Source of the DNA: Candidatus Cloacimonadota bacterium
Lineage (GTDB): Bacteria; Cloacimonadota; Cloacimonadia; G963667145
DNA: 64,000 nt
Assembly (NCBI GenBank): GCA_963676615.1
Contig: OY781092.1
Coordinates: forward strand, 672,001-736,000
Direction: 5' to 3'
This document shows positions 49,107 through 62,343 of the stretch, one piece after another (position 1 is the stretch's first letter; each line of letters opens with the position of its first letter). The notes below the pieces were generated by a model, which worked only from the letters and a program-made list of their open reading frames with translations, made no database searches and was not told where the DNA came from. Made by a program: the position numbers and the translations under genes.

Positions 49107-49868
49107 TCAAGCCCCCAAGCGAATATTCAAGCCTTTTTCGCTTAGATATTTTTTAATTTGCGGTATCGTCATTTTTTCGTAATGCAAGAGCGATGCCAGC
49201 AGCAATGCGTCTGCCTTGCCGACTCGCACACCCTGCTCAAAATGCTCCAGCTTGCCCGCTCCGCCAGAGGCAATCACCGGCACAGAAGAAATCTCGCCAA
49301 CTTTTTTCGTCAGCTCCAAATCGTAGCCGTCGCCCGTCCCGTCGGCATCGATAGAGTTCAGCAAAATCTCGCCAGCACCCAAATCGATCGCTTTTTTCAC
49401 CCATTCCAGCACATCCAAGCCCGTGTCAACCCGTCCGCCAGCCACAAAACAGTGCCAGCTAGAGCCAACTTTTTTCGCATCCACCGACAGCACAATGCAC
49501 TGACTGCCATAGGTTTGCGCACCCTCTTTGATTAAATTCGGATTTTTAATCGCCGCCGAGCAAATACTCACTTTGTCTGCTCCAGCCAAAAGTGCCTGCC
49601 GAATATCATCAACACTGCGAATGCCGCCGCCAACAGTCAGCGGAATAAAAACCGCCTGCGCCACGCTCTGCACCACATCCAAAAGCGTCTGTTTGCTCTT
49701 ATATGTCGCCCCAATATCCAAAAAAGTCAGCTCGTCTGCGCCCTGCTGATAATACTTTTTCGCCAGCTCCAGCGGATCGCCCGCGTCCTTTATCTGCTTA
49801 AAACTCGTGCCTTTTACCACTCGTCCGTCTTCGACATCCAAACACGGGATAATTCTCGTCGCCAACAT
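49107..49868 (-). CDS. hisF: Imidazole glycerol phosphate synthase cyclase subunit
   Basis: [43 protein letters not shown]. Confidence 0.93.
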   Translation of the reverse strand: MLATRIIPCLDVEDGRVVKGTSFKQIKDAGDPLELAKKYYQQGADELTFLDIGATYKSKQTLLDVVQSVAQAVFIPLTVGGGIRSVDDIRQALLAGADKVSICSAAIKNPNLIKEGAQTYGSQCIVLSVDAKKVGSSWHCFVAGGRVDTGLDVLEWVKKAIDLGAGEILLNSIDADGTGDGYDLELTKKVGEISSVPVIASGGAGKLEHFEQGVRVGKADALLLASLLHYEKMTIPQIKKYLSEKGLNIRLGA

Positions 49869-50104
49869 TATCTATAAACTTCCTTCGTTCAATTAAATTT
49901 TCTCCCGCAATTTGTAAACTTCGGACGATAATGTCAACAATAATATTCAGTTTTGCTGGTCGTCCTTTTCTTTTATCGTAGGCGAAATAGTTTGACACAT
50001 TCTCGACACCCAAAAGTTTACTACTCAAACAAAGTAAATCATTAAAAATCAAAAAGTTAATTTGCGTATCTGCAAACCCCTTTTTCTATTACAAGGAGAA
50101 ATTA

Positions 50105-51712
50105 GTGCTGAATTTTGACCAACTCGGATTAAATCAAGAAATTTTGTCCACCATAAAAAAACTCGGATTTGAGACTCCAACTCAGGTGCAAGCCGAAGTC
50201 ATTCCTACGGTTTTGGAAACCGACCACCATCTTATCGTCCTCTCGCAAACAGGTTCGGGCAAAACCGCCACCTTTGGTCTGCCGATGATTCAGTCGTTCG
50301 ATCCAAACGAAAAAGGTGTGCAATTTTTCATCCTCGCTCCCACACGCGAGCTGGTGCAGCAGATATGCCAAGAGCTAAAAGATTACTCGATAAACTCCGC
50401 TGGATTTAGCGTCGTCAGCCTTTTTGGCGGCGGCAGCATCAAACAGCAAATCGACGCACTTAACTCAAGACCCACAGTCGTCGTCGGCACGCCAGGCAGA
50501 ACTTTGGACTTCCTCAATCGCCGCAGACTCAACCTCTCTGGCATCAAAAGTTTGGTGCTGGACGAAGCCGACCAGATGCTGGATATGGGCTTTCAGGAAG
50601 AGCTCGAGGCGATACTCGAATACACCAATCCACAAAAAAGGGTGCTGCTCTTTTCGGCAACGATGAACAAACAAGTGGAAAAACTGGCGTCCAATCGCTA
50701 TATGAGCGACCCGATAAAAATCACCATCGGCAAGCAAAATCAAGGCGTTGAGAACATCAAACACTACTATCACCTTTGCTCTGGCAAACAAAAAACGGCG
50801 GTGCTCTCTCGAATTTTGGATAACTTCGCCAACATTTATGGAATCGTTTTTTGTCGCACCAAAAAAGACACCGTCGATATTTGCGCCAATTTGCAAAAAA
50901 TGGGCTATCGAGTGGAAGCGTTCAACGGCGATATGTCACAACCGCAACGAGAGCAGATAATGCAAAAATTTCGCAGCAAAAACCTAAAACTCCTGATTGC
51001 CACAGATGTCGCCGCGCGTGGAATTGATGTAAAAAACCTCACTCACATCGTCAACTACGCCCTGCCAGACGACCCCGAAACCTATGTCCATCGCAGCGGC
51101 AGAACAGGCAGAGCGGGCGAACAAGGCGTCTGCATCTCCATCGTCGGACAAAAAGAAAAACGAAAACTTCTGTCTATCCAAAAAATGCTGGGGCTACCCA
51201 TCGAGTTGCAAAAAATTCCAACTGGCGACGAAGTTTGCCAAAACAGGCTTTTGGGGCTAAGCAAAACTTTCGCCAATTTTCAAATCGACCCAAAACTCGA
51301 CCAGTTTGCGCAAGACGCCTATCTCGAATTTTCTCAATTTTCCAAAGAGGATCTCATCAAATCTTTTGTTGGGCTGCAACTAAGCAAACTTTGGCATCGC
51401 TATCACAAATTGCCAGATCTGAACCCTCACGCAAAAGTCCGTCTTGGCAAAATCAAAATCAACCTCGGCAAAAATCACGACTTCCAAAAAAGCGACCTTT
51501 TTAGCCTCATCAAAAGCGTGCAAAGGAGCATCGAGATTGGGCAAATCAAGATTTTTGACAAAAAAACCGAAGTCGAAATCGACAAAAAATTTATTCAACA
51601 AGTTATCGAAAGTTTCAACAAAAAAAGTTTTGCTCATTTGCCAATCAAAGCCACACCGCTGGCTACTCGCGGAAGATTTGGCTCTCCACAAAGAAGGAAA
51701 AGGAAAAAATAA
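50105..51712 (+). CDS. DEAD-box RNA helicase with DbpA-like C-terminal domain
   Basis: QTGSGKT, PTREL, TPGR, DEAD, SAT, ARGID, HRSGRTGRAG. Confidence 0.93.
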   Translation: MLNFDQLGLNQEILSTIKKLGFETPTQVQAEVIPTVLETDHHLIVLSQTGSGKTATFGLPMIQSFDPNEKGVQFFILAPTRELVQQICQELKDYSINSAGFSVVSLFGGGSIKQQIDALNSRPTVVVGTPGRTLDFLNRRRLNLSGIKSLVLDEADQMLDMGFQEELEAILEYTNPQKRVLLFSATMNKQVEKLASNRYMSDPIKITIGKQNQGVENIKHYYHLCSGKQKTAVLSRILDNFANIYGIVFCRTKKDTVDICANLQKMGYRVEAFNGDMSQPQREQIMQKFRSKNLKLLIATDVAARGIDVKNLTHIVNYALPDDPETYVHRSGRTGRAGEQGVCISIVGQKEKRKLLSIQKMLGLPIELQKIPTGDEVCQNRLLGLSKTFANFQIDPKLDQFAQDAYLEFSQFSKEDLIKSFVGLQLSKLWHRYHKLPDLNPHAKVRLGKIKINLGKNHDFQKSDLFSLIKSVQRSIEIGQIKIFDKKTEVEIDKKFIQQVIESFNKKSFAHLPIKATPLATRGRFGSPQRRKRKK

Positions 51713-51798
51713 ATCTTGACGCAAAATCTAGCTGGCAAAATTTTTGGAAAATATTAAGTTAAACTTTTGCAGGTTTTAGTAGTTTATAAAAAAATCAA

Positions 51799-51855
51799 GT
51801 TGCGGGGATTTGTTCCGTATTGCACCGCAACAAACAAAAAAAAGCTAAAAAGGAG
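51799..51855 (+). ncRNA. SAM-II-class riboswitch in metK leader
   Basis: P1 GTTGCGG/CCGCAAC enclosing GATTT..TTCCGTATTGCA; 3' GCTAAAAAGGAG forms a pseudoknot covering the Shine-Dalgarno; ends 6 nt before metK ATG. Confidence 0.85.
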
Positions 51856-51861
51856 ATTTTA

Positions 51862-53010
51862 ATGAAAAATTATCTATTCACCAGCGAGTCTGTAACCGAG
51901 GGGCATCCCGACAAAATTTGCGACCAAATTTCGGACTCAATTCTTGACGCAATCTTGACTCAAGACCCAGAATCGCGAGTCGCTTGCGAAACTTTTGTAA
52001 CGACAGGAATGGCGCTTGTCGGCGGCGAAATCACCACCAGTTGCTATGTTGACATCTCTTCGGTTGTGCGCGACACTTTGCGAAAAATCGGCTACACCAA
52101 CGCCGACTATGGCATCGACGCCAAAACTTGCGCGGTAATCACCACTATCGACAAACAATCACGCGACATCGCTATGGGCGTGGACGAATACACCGAGCAC
52201 GAACAAGGCGCGGGCGACCAAGGAATGATGTTTGGCTACGCTTGCAAAGAGACGCCCGAGTTGATGCCACTGCCGATTATGCTCAGCCACAAACTGACCC
52301 GCAAACTTTCCGAAGTGCGCAAATCTGGCGAGCTGGGCTACCTGCGTCCAGACGGCAAATCTCAGGTAACCGTCGAGTATGTAAACGACAAGCCCTCGCG
52401 CGTAGAAGCTGTGGTTATCTCAACACAACACGACCCCGAAATCACTTTGGAGCAAATCCGCAAAGATGTTTTGGAAAAAATCATCAAACCGATAATCGGA
52501 AGCGATTTTATGGACGCCAACACCAAAATTCACATCAACCCCACGGGGCGCTTTGTTTTGGGCGGACCGCACGCCGACACAGGACTTACTGGACGCAAAA
52601 TTATTGTGGACACCTACGGCGGAAAAGGCAGCCACGGCGGCGGATGTTTCAGCGGAAAAGACCCCTCAAAAGTGGATCGCAGCGCATCGTATATGGCTCG
52701 CTACATCGCCAAAAATATCGTGGCAGCCGATTTAGCAGACAGATGCGAAGTCGAACTTGCCTACGCAATCGGCGTGGCAGAGCCTGTTTCCGTGCTTGTT
52801 GACACTTTTGGCACAGGCAAAGTTGACGAGAGCAAAATAACCGATGCGGTCAAAAAAATATTCCCGCTTAAACCTGCAAAGTTGATAAAACACCTAGATT
52901 TGAAAAAACCAATCTACGCAGCTACCGCGGCTTATGGACATTTCGGACGCTCGGAATTTCCTTGGGAAGCGATCGATATGGTGGGAAAATTAAAAGAGGC
53001 GACCTCCTAA
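51862..53010 (+). CDS. metK: S-adenosylmethionine synthetase
   Basis: [37 protein letters not shown]; start at ATG after AAGGAG. Confidence 0.97.
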   Translation: MKNYLFTSESVTEGHPDKICDQISDSILDAILTQDPESRVACETFVTTGMALVGGEITTSCYVDISSVVRDTLRKIGYTNADYGIDAKTCAVITTIDKQSRDIAMGVDEYTEHEQGAGDQGMMFGYACKETPELMPLPIMLSHKLTRKLSEVRKSGELGYLRPDGKSQVTVEYVNDKPSRVEAVVISTQHDPEITLEQIRKDVLEKIIKPIIGSDFMDANTKIHINPTGRFVLGGPHADTGLTGRKIIVDTYGGKGSHGGGCFSGKDPSKVDRSASYMARYIAKNIVAADLADRCEVELAYAIGVAEPVSVLVDTFGTGKVDESKITDAVKKIFPLKPAKLIKHLDLKKPIYAATAAYGHFGRSEFPWEAIDMVGKLKEATS

Positions 53011-53015
53011 AAAAA

Positions 53016-53591
53016 ATGACCGAAAAACAACACGAAATAATCGAAAAACTGAAATACAAAGGGGCTGACAACGCCCCTTTTCTTTCTCTTGGAGCCAAAA
53101 AACACATCAGCCTTATCGGATTTATGGGCGCTGGCAAAACCACAATCTGCAACGCTTTGGGCGATAAATCGCTCGATCTAGATTTCCTTGTTGAAAAAAA
53201 AGCGATGCTCAAAATTTACGACATCTTCAAAAATTTCGGCGAAAAAAAATTTCGGGAACTGGAACTGACTACGCTCCAAGAAGTCGCCAAAAATCCAAAA
53301 CCCATTTGCCTAGCGACAGGTGGCGGCGTAGTCGTTAAAAGCCTAGCACGCCAAGAACTGAAAAAAAACTTTTACAACATATTCCTCTTACTTCCGCCAA
53401 AAATAGCTTATCAGAGGATTGAGAACGACAAAAAACGACCACTTTTTTCGCAAGATTTAGACAAAATGCAAGAACTTTTTGACTCTCGACTGGACTGGTA
53501 TTTGGATGTTGCCGATTTGATTTTGGATATGGAAAATATCAGCACGCAAGCAGCGGTGGAGCTTATAAATCGCCTTCTTACAAAGAGTTAG
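53016..53591 (+). CDS. aroK: Shikimate kinase
   Basis: LIGFMGAGKTT, DLD, GEKKFR, ATGGG, RPL; start uncertain. Confidence 0.85.
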   Translation: MTEKQHEIIEKLKYKGADNAPFLSLGAKKHISLIGFMGAGKTTICNALGDKSLDLDFLVEKKAMLKIYDIFKNFGEKKFRELELTTLQEVAKNPKPICLATGGGVVVKSLARQELKKNFYNIFLLLPPKIAYQRIENDKKRPLFSQDLDKMQELFDSRLDWYLDVADLILDMENISTQAAVELINRLLTKS

Positions 53592-53593
53592 CC

Positions 53594-56898
<3,305 letters not shown>

Positions 56899-56915
56899 TC
56901 AAAATCCTTGCGAAA

Positions 56916-57893
56916 TTAAAGATTTTTCTTCAAAAACATAATGTTCTCGATGGCAAACGGGTCAACGCCGTTCTCCCTCGCCAAATAGTAACTAATCATA
57001 TCGCCGATAAAAATGAGCGAAAAAACTTTTTCGATATAGGAATTCCCCTCGGCGTAAAGCTCGATTTTCTCGTCAATCAATTGTGAGAAAACATCCACCC
57101 GCTTTTGATAATGCTGTTCCAGTTCAAAATCGAGCAAAAACACTGGCAAAATCGGCAAATCTTGATGATAATACCCTTCGATTTCGTTGTGGTTCATCTC
57201 AGGGAAATAGTGCCAAAAAGCTGGCGAGTTTGCGTTTTCGTTTAACTGGCATTTCATCCGATACGCCGCACAGCTGTAGGCAGGAGACCCCGCATAAACC
57301 ACCGCAATTTTGCCCTTCAGCTTTTGCGCAATCTGCTTCGCCAAATTTTGCTCCAGCGGCGAAGACTCAAAAATCGCCTGCACTTTGCCAGCCAACTGAC
57401 TCGTTGCCGCATCTACCTCCTGTGCGATGCTAGGCGCCAAACCAAAAGCTTCCAAAATTTTGTGCAGCGCTCCAAACAAAAAAGCGACAGCCGCTCTCGG
57501 CGGAAATCCAGCCTCCAGCTTCACCATCGGGAATTTTCCCTCAAGCAATCTCCCCAGCTCGCCTCCAGTGGTCACACCTGCGATGTTTTTCGTCTGCTTT
57601 TGCGCCTGCTCAAAGCACGCCAAAGTTTCTGCCGTATTTCCCGAATAAGAAACCACCACCACCAAAGTTTGCGCGTCGATAAAGCCCAAATTGTAGTCGC
57701 TGACCACCCGCACAGGCATCGTGCTTCCATAAGCTCCGGCGATAATGTGCCCGGCAATGCCCGAGCCGCCCATTCCACACACCACGAGTTTGTTCACGCT
57801 CGCCGCCTGCTGAGCAACACTCACCTTGTGATAGCCGTTATAAATCTGCTGCGGCAGATGCGTTATCAAATCGTGCATCGAATTTTTATCCAT
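56916..57893 (-). CDS. Bifunctional phosphoglucose/phosphomannose isomerase (SIS type)
   Basis: CGMGGSG, SYSGNT.ET, PPR.A, QLNENA, PEMNHNEI. Confidence 0.88.
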   Translation of the reverse strand: MDKNSMHDLITHLPQQIYNGYHKVSVAQQAASVNKLVVCGMGGSGIAGHIIAGAYGSTMPVRVVSDYNLGFIDAQTLVVVVSYSGNTAETLACFEQAQKQTKNIAGVTTGGELGRLLEGKFPMVKLEAGFPPRAAVAFLFGALHKILEAFGLAPSIAQEVDAATSQLAGKVQAIFESSPLEQNLAKQIAQKLKGKIAVVYAGSPAYSCAAYRMKCQLNENANSPAFWHYFPEMNHNEIEGYYHQDLPILPVFLLDFELEQHYQKRVDVFSQLIDEKIELYAEGNSYIEKVFSLIFIGDMISYYLARENGVDPFAIENIMFLKKNL

Positions 57894-57910
57894 TATTACA
57901 GTCCTCTTTT

Positions 57911-58336
57911 TCAATAAACTTTTTCTTCCCAAACTGGCAAAGGAATCTCCTGATCACCTCGCCGAATATACTCTTTGCCCAAAAATTCTTGAACAACAAA
58001 CTCCAAACAAAAAACTTCCGATTCCGCCAAATGTCCACCAAAGACGCTAAAATCTTTGATCGCAACGCTAATGTGCAGATGACAAAAAATCTCGCCGTCT
58101 TTTAGGGAAATATTACCTTCCAGCGCCGCAACTTCCACAGCCTCGTCGATTTTGCGATAATGGTATCTCTCACCATCAAAATAGCCCAAAGTCACTCGCC
58201 GCAAAGCCCCAATTCCACTGACTTTTCCTAGAGCCACACCCTTTTCTCGCACAAACCGAGTAATCGCTGCCGCGGCATCTTCGCCAGCTGACACTCTTCC
58301 CACAAAAACCCTGCCAATCTTTAGCTCCTGCAACAT
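57911..58336 (-). CDS. PPC/DUF296-domain protein
   Basis: GIGA...LGY, LEGNIS, HLH, GGHL. Confidence 0.85.
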   Translation of the reverse strand: MLQELKIGRVFVGRVSAGEDAAAAITRFVREKGVALGKVSGIGALRRVTLGYFDGERYHYRKIDEAVEVAALEGNISLKDGEIFCHLHISVAIKDFSVFGGHLAESEVFCLEFVVQEFLGKEYIRRGDQEIPLPVWEEKVY

Positions 58337-58546
58337 TATTGCCCCCTTTAACGATTCCAAAAAAGCTAAAGCCAAAATAGAGGCGAGACCGCCCGATGTC
58401 AACTCTTAAATTCCAGCTTTTTCAATTCCGCTTTTCTCCATTATTTTAGCATAACAGCTATCCGCACAAATTCTTGAAAAAAAGTTGACACTTTATTTTC
58501 TTTTGCGACAAATGACGAAGAAAGATAATCTAAAGGAGGTTCTAGA

Positions 58547-59875
58547 ATGAAAAAATTCTTAGATCAGGTAAAAGCTAAAAATCCAGGGCAAACCGAGTTT
58601 CTACAAGCTGTAGAAGAGGTTGTCTCCACCCTTTGGGACTTTGTTGAGGAACACCCAAAATACAAAAGCCAAAAAATTTTGGAAAGAATAGTTGAGCCAG
58701 AGCGAGCCATAAGCTTTCGTGTGTCGTGGATCGACGACAAAGGCGAAATCCAAATCAATCGTGGCTACCGTATAGAGTTCAACTCTGCCATCGGACCATA
58801 CAAAGGTGGACTTCGCTTTCACCCCACTGTATCGCCAAGCATTCTTAAATTCTTGGGGTTTGAGCAAACTTTCAAAAACAGCCTAACCAGCTTGCCAATG
58901 GGCGGCGGAAAAGGCGGTTCGGACTTCGACCCAAAAGGCAAATCGGACACCGAAATTATGCGTTTTTGCCAAGCGTTTATGAGCGAACTTTTCCGTCATA
59001 TCGGACCAAACACCGATGTTCCCGCTGGCGATATTGGCGTTGGCGGAAGAGAGATTGGTTATCTTTTTGGAATGTATAAAAAACTCCGCAACGAGTTCAC
59101 AGGCGTCTTGACAGGTAAAGGTGCAAACTGGGGCGGCTCACTTATCCGTCCAGAAGCAACCGGCTTTGGCACTGTTTACTTTGCTCGTGAAATGCTCAAA
59201 GCGCATAACGACGACATCAAAGGCAAAACTGTTGCTATTTCTGGATTTGGCAATGTTGCTTGGGGCGCAGTTATGAAAGCTAGCCAATGCGGAGCCAAAG
59301 TCGTCACAATCTCTGGACCAGACGGCTACATCTTTGACGAAAACGGCATCAACACCCAAGAAAAATGGGACTATATGCTAGAGCTGCGTGCCACTTGCAA
59401 CGATGTAGTTGAGCCTTACGCCAAAAAATTCGGCGCTAAATTTATCGCAGGCAAAAAACCTTGGGAAGTAAAAGCTGACCTAGCTTTCCCTTGTGCAATT
59501 CAAAACGAACTGGATGAAAACGACGCCAAAACACTCATCGCAAACGGCGTGCAATATGTAATCGAAACATCCAATATGGGCTGCACCAACGAAGCGATAA
59601 AAGCTTTTCACGACGCCAAAATCCCAATGGCTCCAGGCAAGGCTGCCAACGCTGGCGGTGTGGCAGTATCTGGACTAGAGATGAGCCAAAACAGCCTCCG
59701 CTATAACTGGACCGAAGCCGAAGTTGACGAAAAGTTGCACACAATAATGGTCAATATTCACAGCACCTGCGCCAAATATGGCAAAGAAAACGGCTTTATC
59801 AACTACTCAAAAGGCGCCAACATCGGCGGGTTTATCAAAGTGGCTGACGCTATGATAGATCAAGGAGTTGTGTAG
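58547..59875 (+). CDS. gdhA: Glutamate dehydrogenase
   Basis: GPYKGGLRFHP, GGGKGG, DVPAGDIG, RPEATG, GKAANAGGV. Confidence 0.96.
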   Translation: MKKFLDQVKAKNPGQTEFLQAVEEVVSTLWDFVEEHPKYKSQKILERIVEPERAISFRVSWIDDKGEIQINRGYRIEFNSAIGPYKGGLRFHPTVSPSILKFLGFEQTFKNSLTSLPMGGGKGGSDFDPKGKSDTEIMRFCQAFMSELFRHIGPNTDVPAGDIGVGGREIGYLFGMYKKLRNEFTGVLTGKGANWGGSLIRPEATGFGTVYFAREMLKAHNDDIKGKTVAISGFGNVAWGAVMKASQCGAKVVTISGPDGYIFDENGINTQEKWDYMLELRATCNDVVEPYAKKFGAKFIAGKKPWEVKADLAFPCAIQNELDENDAKTLIANGVQYVIETSNMGCTNEAIKAFHDAKIPMAPGKAANAGGVAVSGLEMSQNSLRYNWTEAEVDEKLHTIMVNIHSTCAKYGKENGFINYSKGANIGGFIKVADAMIDQGVV

Positions 59876-60027
59876 TTTTGCAAGCGCAAAAATATTGCAA
59901 ACAAAACACAAAAAAATAAAAAGACCTTGACACTAAAAATAAAATAAATACAAAAGGGCAAAATCAAAGGAAATCCTAAAAAGGATTAAAAAAAGAAAAA
60001 AATCAAAAAAGAAAGGAGAGAATTAGT

Positions 60028-61320
60028 ATGAAAAAACTAATCACAATCGGAATGATTGCCGTTTTCGCTTTCAGTAGCTTAATGGCATTCGAAGTTGACT
60101 GGAGCGGAACAGCTCGTGTAAGGGGCGGTATTATAAAAAATGCCGTATTCGTAGACAACGCATTTGGTGGCAAGAATATCAGCCAATTCACCAAAGACGC
60201 TAGCACAACATCTTGGAAGTCTCAAAGAATCAGAGCAACCATCACAGGTGAAGCTGACAACGGCGTAAAGTTCGTTATCCGCTCAAAATGGTCTAATGGT
60301 GACATGAGCACTGCTAGCGACAATGTTATTTTCGACCGTGCCTACATCGCTATCCCTGATGCTTTTTTGGGTGCCGATCTTAACGCTGGTCTCATCCCAG
60401 TATATGCTCATGGCGGAATGGTAGTTGACGACAACTTTCCTGGGTATTCTATAAGCAAATCTATGGGCGATATGAGCTTCGGTGCTGGTGTATTCACCTT
60501 AGACGAAACCAACAACTCTGCCGCTTCTTCTCAAACAGATATCAATGCTGACGACGATGTTCACGGCTTTATGCTTAGCTTTGCTAAAAACAATGTTGGT
60601 CCTGGCAACTTCGGTATTGATGTAATGGGTAAAACAAACTATGCTCCAGATAATACTTACAAACCAGGAAACATCTATTGGGTTTCTCCTTGGTATGTTC
60701 TTGATGGTGGCAAAGCTGGCATCGACAACTTTAGTGTTGACATTAACCCTATCTTTATGACTGCAAGCTTCGACAAAAATACTGCAGCTAAAAAGAAGGA
60801 CGGCTCTATTTTTGCTTTGAGTTTAAAACCAAACTTCACTCTTAGCTCTGGAGCTAATATTGGTGGAACTATTACTTACATCCAAGGTGTAAAAGCTGAC
60901 AAGCAAGGCGAAGATGTAACTTGGTCAAACATTAAATCTTTCTATATGAACGGACTTGAGTTCTTCGGTGCAGGCAACCCTTCTGATGGAATGCCAGGAG
61001 CTATGGGCTTGGGTAATACTTGGTCTTCTGGCTTGGGTGCTGAAGCTTATGGTTTGCAACTTATCGCTATTACTGTCGACCAACCTGTAGCTAAAGATTT
61101 GACCGCTCATGCTGCTCTTGGTTATGCTAATACTGATCAAAAAGTTGGCGACAAAACCGACCTTGGAACAGAGTTTGACCTTGGTGTTTCTTGGAAAGTA
61201 AAAGAAAATGTCTCTTGGAATATCACTGGTGTTTATGTTGCACCAGGCAAAGCTCTTGTAGGCAATGGAGATGACGACGCTTTGACTGCTCTTAACTCTT
61301 ATCTTGAGTATTCTTTCTAA
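60028..61320 (+). CDS. Probable major outer-membrane porin
   Basis: Signal peptide, FDRAYI, DLGTEFDL strands, C-terminal YLEYSF; own promoter and terminator; T/C-ending codon preference. Confidence 0.7.
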   Translation: MKKLITIGMIAVFAFSSLMAFEVDWSGTARVRGGIIKNAVFVDNAFGGKNISQFTKDASTTSWKSQRIRATITGEADNGVKFVIRSKWSNGDMSTASDNVIFDRAYIAIPDAFLGADLNAGLIPVYAHGGMVVDDNFPGYSISKSMGDMSFGAGVFTLDETNNSAASSQTDINADDDVHGFMLSFAKNNVGPGNFGIDVMGKTNYAPDNTYKPGNIYWVSPWYVLDGGKAGIDNFSVDINPIFMTASFDKNTAAKKKDGSIFALSLKPNFTLSSGANIGGTITYIQGVKADKQGEDVTWSNIKSFYMNGLEFFGAGNPSDGMPGAMGLGNTWSSGLGAEAYGLQLIAITVDQPVAKDLTAHAALGYANTDQKVGDKTDLGTEFDLGVSWKVKENVSWNITGVYVAPGKALVGNGDDDALTALNSYLEYSF

Positions 61321-61342
61321 TCTATTTAGTCTAGGAAATTAT

Positions 61343-61376
61343 AAGGCTCTTCATTTTCAGAAGAGCCTTTTTTTTT
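61343..61376 (+). terminator. Porin intrinsic terminator
   Basis: AAGGCTCTTC...GAAGAGCCTT followed by T-tract. Confidence 0.85.
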
Positions 61377-61380
61377 GGAG

Positions 61381-61555
61381 GGGGATGCCGCTTTTAGGGA
61401 GACTCTCCAGACACCTCTCGAAACCTCTCTGGCTATTTGAAGCGGGCGTCCTTTTCTGTTTCTCTTTTCGGACGACCGAAAAGGAGAAAATCTGCCTGAT
61501 AAGACAAAACAATAACCTATTAACTGCTCGTGTGCTGAGCGTAGTCGAAGCGCAC
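61381..61555. repeat. Composite structured REP/MITE-like intergenic element
   Basis: GC-rich stems GGATGCCGCTT/AAGCGGGCGTCC and TTTCTCTTTTCGG/CCGAAAAGGAGAAA, plus GTGCTGAGCGTAGTCGAAGCGCAC. Confidence 0.45.
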
Positions 61556-61632
61556 CAACAAAAGGCTAAACGATTGGCGTCTCGCAGAAAAAAAAGAACA
61601 GCTTAACCAAATAAAACCTCTGGTTTGAAAAA

Positions 61633-61899
61633 ATGTATTATATAAAAAATTTTAGATATATCAAAGATTATAAAATCAAAATAACTTTTAATGATAACAA
61701 AAGCAAAGTTGTTAACCTAGAAAATCATCTAAATGGCAAAATTTTTGAACCTTTGCAAGACATAAATTTTTTCTTCGCAATCTTATATATTTATTCTCTC
61801 ACCTACAAAATCGCACAATCTTCCGTAACTGCAACTCCCAAATTGCTCGCTTTCCGCTGGGAAAATATGGGAACCTTGCTTTTACAGAGAAATGATTAA
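61633..61899 (+). pseudogene. DUF2442-like gene, apparently truncated or chimeric
   Basis: First ~47 aa (YKIKITFND...VNL...L.GKIFEPL.D..FF) resemble DUF2442; expected C-terminal W-x-N-G-x-D segment absent. Confidence 0.5.
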
Positions 61900-61987
61900 A
61901 AAAATTGACAAAAAAAAGTATTCCTCTTCCTTAGCGATAAGAAATAATTTGACTTTAACAAGCTACATTCTAAGAAAAGGAGATATT

Positions 61988-62266
61988 ATGTCGGCTCATA
62001 CACTAGCTTTTGACACTTTAAAATTTGCAAAAAACCTTGAAAGATATACCTTTACCACACAACAAGCAGAAGGATTAGCCGATGAGTTAAAGATAATCAT
62101 CGAAGAAAATACTGCAAGCTCAAGCGATATAGACGAGCTAGAAAAAAATCTTGCCACAAAAATAGAAATATCCGCTGCGAACACGAGAGCGGAAATAATA
62201 AAATGGGTTGTTGGTCTTCTTTTTGCGCAGTCTGCACTAATCGTGTCGGCAATAAAGTTTTTGTAG
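61988..62266 (+). CDS. DUF1640 (CCDC90-like) coiled-coil membrane-anchored protein
   Basis: FDTLKFA..L....FT.QQAE head; IIKWVVG hydrophobic tail; AAGGAG before ATG 61988. Confidence 0.75.
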   Translation: MSAHTLAFDTLKFAKNLERYTFTTQQAEGLADELKIIIEENTASSSDIDELEKNLATKIEISAANTRAEIIKWVVGLLFAQSALIVSAIKFL

Positions 62267-62343
62267 ATTAAGAAACTTCAATTTCTTTGGAGCGCAAGCG
62301 ACAAAGCCCTTGACTTCCACCCTCTTTCTTTTTATTTGCGCCA

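Noticed and set aside
49107..49868. hisF next to kdsA as an LPS-locus HisF paralogue
   Set aside because: The sequence looks like canonical HisF and no hisH paralogue or sugar amidotransferase is adjacent; gene order here is generally scrambled.
61304..61606. 100-aa ORF spanning the porin terminator and hairpin element
   Set aside because: Overlaps the porin stop and terminator, has no ribosome-binding site or motif; better explained as structured non-coding DNA.
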